NCBI GenBank assembly: GCA_963736855.1
Contig: CAVTQK010000015.1
Location: forward strand, 1 to 64,000
Direction of reading: 5' to 3'
Source of the DNA: an uncultured delta proteobacterium
GTDB taxonomy: Bacteria > Desulfobacterota > Desulfobacteria > Desulfobacterales > UBA2156
Length of the DNA: 64,000 nt
Shown: positions 58,119 to 64,000 of the stretch, piece after piece
Numbering within the stretch: the stretch's first letter is position 1
How the letters are laid out: each line of letters begins with the position of its first letter
The notes under the pieces: model-generated
Database searches by the model: none
What the model saw: the letters and a program-made list of their open reading frames with translations, nothing else
What the model was told of the DNA's origin: nothing
Translations under genes and position numbers: made by a program

Positions 58119-60851
58119 CTAGTGGGCCTCAGCCCAGTTGGCGCCCAAAGCGAGATTCACCTTCAGCGGTACCCTGAGTTCCCAGACTCCTTCCATGGCA
58201 TCCCGCACCAGTTCGGAAACGACTTTTGTTTCATCCGGAGACACCTCGAAGACCAGTTCATCATGAACGGTCAGGATCATGGAGCTTTTCAGATCCTTTT
58301 TCCGTAGCACCTCATCCGCACGGATCATGGCGACCTTGATCAGGTCGGCCGCCGTCCCCTGAATCGGCGTGTTGATGGCGGTGCGTTCGGCAGACTGCCT
58401 GACGACCGCGTTCCGGCTGTCGATATCCGGCAACGGCCGCGTGCGGCCCAGGAGCGTGTAGACTCTTTTTTGCGCCTTGGCCTCCTGAAGGGTCCGATCA
58501 ATGTAGATCTTGACCCCTTGATACCGGGAAAAGTAATGACTGATGTAGGCTTGTGCCATTTTCTGGCTGATGCCGAGTTCCTGGGACAGCCGAAAGGCGC
58601 CCATGCCGTAAAGGATTCCGAAGTTAATAACCTTGGCCTGCCGCCGCAGTTCCGGAGTCACCATTTCCGGGAAGACTTCGAACACCTCGGTGGCGGTGCG
58701 GGTGTGAATGTCCTCTTCATTTAAAAACGCCTTGATCAGGATGGGATCTTCGGAACAATGCGCCAGGATCCGGAGTTCGATCTGAGAGTAATCCGCGGAC
58801 AGGAGCCGCCAGCCTTCCCGGGGAATGAAGGCGCTGCGGATCTGTCGTCCTTCCTCGGTGCGGATGGGGATGTTTTGCAGATTGGGGTCTGAGCTGCTCA
58901 GGCGGCCCGTGGCGGTCACGGTTTGGTTGTATGACGTGTGGATGCGTCCGGTTTCCGGGTGAACAAGTTCAAGGAGGGCGTCGGCATAGGTGGACTTGAG
59001 TTTGGAAATAGTGCGATGCCTCAGGATATGTGCCGGCAGCTCGTGTTGCGTTGCCAAAGCGGTAAGCACAGCCACATCCGTAGAATAGGCGGTTTTTTTC
59101 CGGGTCTTTTTCTGCACCGGTAAGCCCAATTTGTCGAACAGGATTTCACCCAGCTGCTGGGGAGAGTTGATGTTGAACTCCTGACCGGCCATGGCATGAA
59201 TCTGTCTTTCCAGGGTTTCGAGTTGGTATTCGAAGGATTTGGTCAAATCCTTCAGGCGGTTTTGATCCACCTGGACCCCGTGCATCTCCATTCGTTTGAG
59301 CACCGGAACCAGCGGCATCTCCACGGTTTCAAAGAGGGAGACAAGGCCTGCCTCCTTGAGCTTTTCAAAAAGGAGGTGACGGGCCATCAGGGTTATGTCG
59401 GCATCTTCGCAAGCATAAAAGGAGGCTTTTTCAAGGGGGACTTCCGAAAAGGAAACGCATTCTTTTCCTTTCCCGGCGACCTCGTGATATGCGATTTTCC
59501 TGTAACCCAGAAAGTCCATGGCGATCCGATCGAGGTTGTGGGCGCGTTTGGAGGGGTCGATAAGGTAGGATGCCACCATGGTATCGAAACTGACGCCGGA
59601 AAGTTCCAAGCCGCATCGGTTCAACACGATCCAATCGTACTTGATATTCTGGCCGATCTTCTCGATTTCTGGGTCTTCGAAAATCGGTTTCAGGGCGTCA
59701 AAGACGAGTTTCTTTTTAAGCTGTTTTTGGGTTGAATCGATGCGATGCCCCAATGGGATATAAAATCCCTCGTGATCCCGGACGGACACTGAGATACCCA
59801 CCAATTCGGCCCGCATGGGATCCAGGGCAGTAGTCTCAGTGTCGATGGCGAATCGCGGGGCTTCCTTGAGGAGCGAAATCAGCGTGGCCAAGTCTCTTTC
59901 GTCTGTAACAAGCCGGTAATCCTTTCGGCATTTTTCCTCAGGCGCCGAGAAGGTCTCCATCAGTTGCCTGAATTCCAATTCCTTGAAAAGCTCCAGGAGC
60001 CGAACCGGATCCGGGCCTTTATAATGAAATCGCTCCGGGTCAAATTCGACGGGAGCATTCGTGTCGATGATCACCAGAGATCGGCTCAAGAATGCCCGGT
60101 CTTTGTTTGCCAAAAGACTTTCCTTCAGTTTCGTTTGCGCCACCTTTTCGATTTCGGCATAGAGAGACTCCATGGAGCCGAATCGGCGGATCAGCTCAAA
60201 GGCCCGCTTGGGGCCGATGCCCGGAACCCCTGGAATGTTGTCGGAACTGTCCCCGGAAAGGCCGAAGGCATCCACCATTTGATCCGGACGGATGCCGCAA
60301 TCAGCCAGGACGGTCTTCGCGTCGATCGCCTTGTTTTTCATAGGATCCCAGATCACGGCTCTTTCGGTAACCAGTTGCGTGAAGTCCTTGTCTCCGGTCA
60401 CCATCACCACATCGAATCCTGATTCCTGGGCGGACCGGGCCAGGGTTCCGATAAGATCGTCGGCTTCAAACCCGGGTACTTCGATACTCGGGATCTTGAA
60501 CCCTTCCACGATCGCCTTGATGTAGGGAATTTGCTGGACCAGGTCTTCGGGCATGGGAGGCCGGTTGGCTTTATAGTCTTTGAAGATCTGATGCCTGAAG
60601 GTGGGGCCTTTGGCGTCGAAGCATATGGCGACGAAAGCCGGCGTGCGCTCCTGGATGAGTTTCAAGAGCATCCGGGTAAATCCGAAGACGGCATTGGTGG
60701 GGAGGCCCTTAGAATTGGAGAGACCCCGAATGGCATGGTAGGCCCGGTGGATGATGGCGTTTCCATCGATGAGATAAACTCTGGGCGGACTTGCTGTTCC
60801 TTCGGCGACGGGGCGATCTTTCAATCCAAGGCGCTCTTTTTCCATCGTCAT
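58119..60851 (-). CDS. polA: DNA polymerase I
   Basis: 5'-3' exonuclease (LIDG, YKANR, EADD), 3'-5' exonuclease (DTET, QNIKYD, YACED) and polymerase (RLSSSDPNLQNIP, DYSQIELR, VHDE) motifs. Confidence 0.97.
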   Translation of the reverse strand: MTMEKERLGLKDRPVAEGTASPPRVYLIDGNAIIHRAYHAIRGLSNSKGLPTNAVFGFTRMLLKLIQERTPAFVAICFDAKGPTFRHQIFKDYKANRPPMPEDLVQQIPYIKAIVEGFKIPSIEVPGFEADDLIGTLARSAQESGFDVVMVTGDKDFTQLVTERAVIWDPMKNKAIDAKTVLADCGIRPDQMVDAFGLSGDSSDNIPGVPGIGPKRAFELIRRFGSMESLYAEIEKVAQTKLKESLLANKDRAFLSRSLVIIDTNAPVEFDPERFHYKGPDPVRLLELFKELEFRQLMETFSAPEEKCRKDYRLVTDERDLATLISLLKEAPRFAIDTETTALDPMRAELVGISVSVRDHEGFYIPLGHRIDSTQKQLKKKLVFDALKPIFEDPEIEKIGQNIKYDWIVLNRCGLELSGVSFDTMVASYLIDPSKRAHNLDRIAMDFLGYRKIAYHEVAGKGKECVSFSEVPLEKASFYACEDADITLMARHLLFEKLKEAGLVSLFETVEMPLVPVLKRMEMHGVQVDQNRLKDLTKSFEYQLETLERQIHAMAGQEFNINSPQQLGEILFDKLGLPVQKKTRKKTAYSTDVAVLTALATQHELPAHILRHRTISKLKSTYADALLELVHPETGRIHTSYNQTVTATGRLSSSDPNLQNIPIRTEEGRQIRSAFIPREGWRLLSADYSQIELRILAHCSEDPILIKAFLNEEDIHTRTATEVFEVFPEMVTPELRRQAKVINFGILYGMGAFRLSQELGISQKMAQAYISHYFSRYQGVKIYIDRTLQEAKAQKRVYTLLGRTRPLPDIDSRNAVVRQSAERTAINTPIQGTAADLIKVAMIRADEVLRKKDLKSSMILTVHDELVFEVSPDETKVVSELVRDAMEGVWELRVPLKVNLALGANWAEAH

Positions 60852-60956
60852 TCTTTCAATCCAGTCATATCTATTGGGATGTGCTCCCATGCTGAAAATT
60901 GAAACATATTGATAGTGGGGCACTCATTGACAGCTTCGTCTATCGAAATTAACTTT

Positions 60957-61146
60957 GATGAAATCGTAAAAAGGCTGATTTTTCTCGCGCCGCAAGTCTT
61001 TTCGGAAGATCCAAAGGGTTTCGCTAAATCTCAAGAACTCGGCACAAGTGCCTCAAACAGCTTGAGATTTTTAACGCTCAACCCTTTGCCTCTCTTTTTC
61101 CGAAAAGACTTGTATGGTGCTCACAAAATCTTTTTACGAAGCCATC
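60957..61146. mobile_element. 190-bp MITE with family A ends but a different interior (copy 3, inverted)
   Basis: GATGAAATCGTAAAAAG (60957-60973) and CTTTTTACGAAGCCATC (61130-61146); 6-bp TSD AACTTT at 60951-60956 and 61147-61152. Confidence 0.88.
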
Positions 61147-61233
61147 AACTTTATTTGTTATACAAAATCGACATACCGGGATGTTAATCTACCACGGATT
61201 CCAAAAAACGACAAGCAAAGCCGGGAAGGAAAA

Positions 61234-61656
61234 ATGCCAGACGGACGCATCCTCATCGATGAAAATGAGATCCGAAGCTTGCTCACACAAATTAAAATCG
61301 TGGCAGTATTGGGGGTAAGCCCCAAGCCCAACCGTGATTCCCATCGGGTGGCTAAATACCTCAAGGACCACGGATACCGGATCATCCCTGTCCGTCCCGG
61401 TCAAAAAGAGATTTTAGGAGAAAAAGCGTATGCGTCGCTTAATGAAGTACGGGGTATTGTCGATCTTGTAAATGTGTTTCGGCGGTCGGAACAGGTTATG
61501 GAGCATGCGAAAGAATCGTTGAGGATTAAACCGAGGGCGTTTTGGATGCAACTGGATATCGAAAATGAAGCAGCGGCTAGGCTTTTAACGGAAAACGGAA
61601 TCGACGTGGTGATGAACCGCTGTATCAAAATCGAACATGCGCGAATCTTCCAATAG
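61234..61656 (+). CDS. CoA-binding protein (YccU-like)
   Basis: VAVLGVSPKPNRDS, VNVFRR, WMQL, VVMNRCIK; GAAGGA RBS. Confidence 0.9.
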   Translation: MPDGRILIDENEIRSLLTQIKIVAVLGVSPKPNRDSHRVAKYLKDHGYRIIPVRPGQKEILGEKAYASLNEVRGIVDLVNVFRRSEQVMEHAKESLRIKPRAFWMQLDIENEAAARLLTENGIDVVMNRCIKIEHARIFQ

Positions 61657-61861
61657 ACAAAGCTATCTGCAGCGGCGTCGTAAAGGCAAAGCATATGTCT
61701 GCCACTGCTGCAATCAGGAAGTTCCTTTTTGCTGGACATGTCGATGCGGGTTCGAGATCTGTCAGGAGTGTATGAAGGAAAATTTCTGGGGCATGTCTTG
61801 CAATGGTATCACCTGGCAGTGCCCGGACTGCGGCGCACAAAACGGTTTTGGAAACCAGTGA
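61637..61861 (+). CDS. 74-aa cysteine-rich zinc-finger protein (C4C4 RING-like)
   Basis: 11 cysteines: CHCC...CWTCRCGFEICQEC...C...CPDC. Overlaps the upstream gene by 20 nt. Confidence 0.7.
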   Translation: MRESSNRQSYLQRRRKGKAYVCHCCNQEVPFCWTCRCGFEICQECMKENFWGMSCNGITWQCPDCGAQNGFGNQ

Positions 61862-61931
61862 CAACCCCACAGACGGTGTCTAGGGGCGTTCCGTATCCAT
61901 TGCTTAGATTTAGAAACAACATCTTGGGGGG

Positions 61932-63851
61932 TCATTTCAGACAGCTTTCCACATTAGAAAGCAGCCCTTTGGTCGTCCATCGGAACTTGTCCATGAACAG
62001 CCGGTCGCTTAAGAAATATTCCTTTTTCTTCTGACGATCCAGATAATCTGAAAATTGCTGGGGTCCGCCGTTATACATGGCATAGACGACGCCGGCGACG
62101 GTTTCCTCGGTCATGAGGTCTTTTTGCTTCATTTGTTTGAGTTTGGGGAGGGCGTACTTGAGGAAGTAAAGATCGAGGATTTCGCATCCGGCAGCTGCAT
62201 TGTAATGGATATTCCACATCAGCAGGTTTAAATCGTAAATTCCGCGCCAGGCCCGTCTGTTGACTTGCATGATCCCCACAGAGGTCTGGTTGTAGGAGAG
62301 CAAATAAGTGATCTTCCCGCTTTCCATGACGAACTGCCGAAAGCAACTCTCCTGCCAGGCTGTGGAAAGGGTTAGTCGCTTGTAGAAATCGTGGTAGACA
62401 CGAGGCAGGGCGCTTTTTTTCAACAACGCCGAGGAGGCATGGGTCAAGAGATGTTCAACCTTCTGAATGTAAGATTCCGTTTCTCCGTCAGGGGGAAGCC
62501 AAATATCGAGGCGCGGGGATTTTGGTATCACTTTCTGGGTTTTTGCCCAGGCGGGTGCGACTGAAAAAAAAACCGACAGGACGGTCATGCTTCTTTCCCA
62601 TGGAGTCATGCTTGAGGTGTCTTGATTTAGGGGAACATCCGTTTCATCGGAGGGTCCGGTATCTTCTTCGAAATCCAAGGGGGGTGAAGCGGCAAGACCA
62701 AGGATTTCCCTGAGCTCCTGGCTGAATTGAAGACTATACTCCAAAAAGACCGGCTTTTTCCGACTGATTAGGCGTGCCAGCCGGATAAGGCCTTCCCGGC
62801 TGATCTCGATTCCCAGAGTCGGGCCGAGGCGATCCAGAGTTGCCAGGGCATCTGTCGCCGTGAAGAAGGCCAGGTAGGCCAATGTAAACTCCGAAGATTC
62901 GTGTCCGAGGTGGTTTCGAAAAACCGGAGAAAGCTTCTCCCAGGCTTTTACAAACTGCTCTCTCACGAGGTCTTTTTCCAGGGTTCTTTCAGTCAATTCC
63001 GTTGTGAATCGATAACGCGTGTCGAGGAGGGTTTCAAAGATCGTTTGGCGATCTTCCTCAGAAAGGGGTTTTCCGGAAAGAGACATGATCATGTAAACCA
63101 GGAAAGCGTCCCAGGTTTCCCAGTTTTCGATGATTTTTTTGATTTCTTTTTCCGATATAAAAATCGGCTTCTTTTTTGTCTTAATATCGTAAATTTCCTT
63201 TACATCCGCCAGGATATCGATTCGCACGGCCTGGGGTTCAATGCGTACATCCCCGAGGCGAAGACTTTTCAACAGTGCATCGATCCGGTCGGTTCTTTCT
63301 TCAGGTGCAACCGATGCAATGAACGATTTCATTTCATCGATGGGGGGTTTGAGATCCAGAACGATTCCGTCGATGTAATGGTGGATTTGCGTTTTAATCA
63401 GGTTCCAGACCATGTCGGTGACGGTTTGGAGCCGGTGTTTTTCATCATATATTTGAGAATCGACGGTCTGAAAGGTGAGTTTGAGATTCTGATGGTCCAC
63501 CTGAGGCCGAATGAGCAGCGTCAAATAGCCGACCCATTCGACGGGCATCAGGCAGTTGTTTCTAAAGAGGGCGCCTGTGCGGATCAGTGTCCGAGTCTCA
63601 CAACGCAACAACCCATTGGTTTCCGAAAAGACCGGGTCGGAAATACGGATGAAATTGCAGCCGTCCCCTTCATCCAGGACCACGGCGCTTTTACCAGGGC
63701 CTTTAAAAGCGTGGTAAACGACCAGGGACTCTAATAGCGGATAATCAATGGTGAGCGGAAGTGTGACGGCTTTCAGTTCGGTTCCGCCCGCCGCAGACAC
63801 CGCCAGAAGGATTGTGCAGAGACTTAAAATAAGAATTCGCAATCGCTTCAT
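61932..63851 (-). CDS. Exported protein with a C-terminal lytic transglycosylase (SLT) domain
   Basis: Signal peptide MKRLRILILSL...; AWQESCFRQF, SVGIMQVN and YAMYNGGP motifs. Confidence 0.8.
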   Translation of the reverse strand: MKRLRILILSLCTILLAVSAAGGTELKAVTLPLTIDYPLLESLVVYHAFKGPGKSAVVLDEGDGCNFIRISDPVFSETNGLLRCETRTLIRTGALFRNNCLMPVEWVGYLTLLIRPQVDHQNLKLTFQTVDSQIYDEKHRLQTVTDMVWNLIKTQIHHYIDGIVLDLKPPIDEMKSFIASVAPEERTDRIDALLKSLRLGDVRIEPQAVRIDILADVKEIYDIKTKKKPIFISEKEIKKIIENWETWDAFLVYMIMSLSGKPLSEEDRQTIFETLLDTRYRFTTELTERTLEKDLVREQFVKAWEKLSPVFRNHLGHESSEFTLAYLAFFTATDALATLDRLGPTLGIEISREGLIRLARLISRKKPVFLEYSLQFSQELREILGLAASPPLDFEEDTGPSDETDVPLNQDTSSMTPWERSMTVLSVFFSVAPAWAKTQKVIPKSPRLDIWLPPDGETESYIQKVEHLLTHASSALLKKSALPRVYHDFYKRLTLSTAWQESCFRQFVMESGKITYLLSYNQTSVGIMQVNRRAWRGIYDLNLLMWNIHYNAAAGCEILDLYFLKYALPKLKQMKQKDLMTEETVAGVVYAMYNGGPQQFSDYLDRQKKKEYFLSDRLFMDKFRWTTKGLLSNVESCLK

Positions 63852-64000
63852 GAGGGGGCTCACAACCTCTGTGATAGATAGATATAGGCCGGCAGTCGAA
63901 CGGAACGCTTCAGTTTGTTGAAACAAGCCAGCGCCTCCGTTTTGGATTCCCGGCGGTCCAGGGGCGAAAAATAAAGGGCACCCTTGCCGAAAGACCGGTT

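Noticed and set aside
61862..61931. Additional MITE between convergent genes
   Set aside because: Only a degenerate inverted repeat with no TSD; more simply a terminator-like hairpin.
16000..64000. Many long antisense or overlapping ORFs in the track (e.g. 31013-31825, 32703-33689, 41770-42597, 46396-47226, 62901-63734)
   Set aside because: They are shadows of well-supported genes on the opposite strand and carry no independent motifs.
1..64000. CRISPR array, rRNA genes, prophage structural genes or known defence systems
   Set aside because: No regularly spaced direct repeats or corresponding protein motifs were seen.

Overview
Most of this window is core chromosome of a sulfate-reducing, Desulfobacterales-like deltaproteobacterium, inferred from qrcABCD with system II cytochrome c maturation genes, ahbB and a tungsten-type AOR. 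It has two parts. Positions 1 to ~15.9 kb are a decaying accessory island anchored at the 3' end of tRNA-Ala(GGC) (15914-15989, minus strand). The island holds a tyrosine-integrase stub, a GC-rich beta-helix gene segment, arfB, an IS1182 element in tandem with a cognate MITE inside a palindrome, a PLP decarboxylase, an arsenosugar-type (ArsS rSAM/selenodomain) operon and several pseudogenes. Positions ~16-64 kb are housekeeping and energy genes: ppiD, uvrD-like helicase, M16 peptidase, resB/ccsA, qrcABCD, murA, comEC, mtnA, ahbB, pepA, hisD, serC, aor, fadA/fadN, dusB, queF, polA and an SLT protein. The signals most worth follow-up are: (1) an unannotated 52-aa membrane ORF inside the qrc operon; (2) modular MITEs in which one 17-bp-TIR/6-bp-TSD shell carries different structured cargos, while one ERIC-like cargo appears in different shells; (3) a 74-aa protein with a Not4-type C4C4 RING signature; (4) Bacillus-type FadR boxes before the fad operon; (5) repeated large internal gene deletions. 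All family assignments come from motif recognition by eye; no database search was run. No CRISPR array or rRNA was seen.
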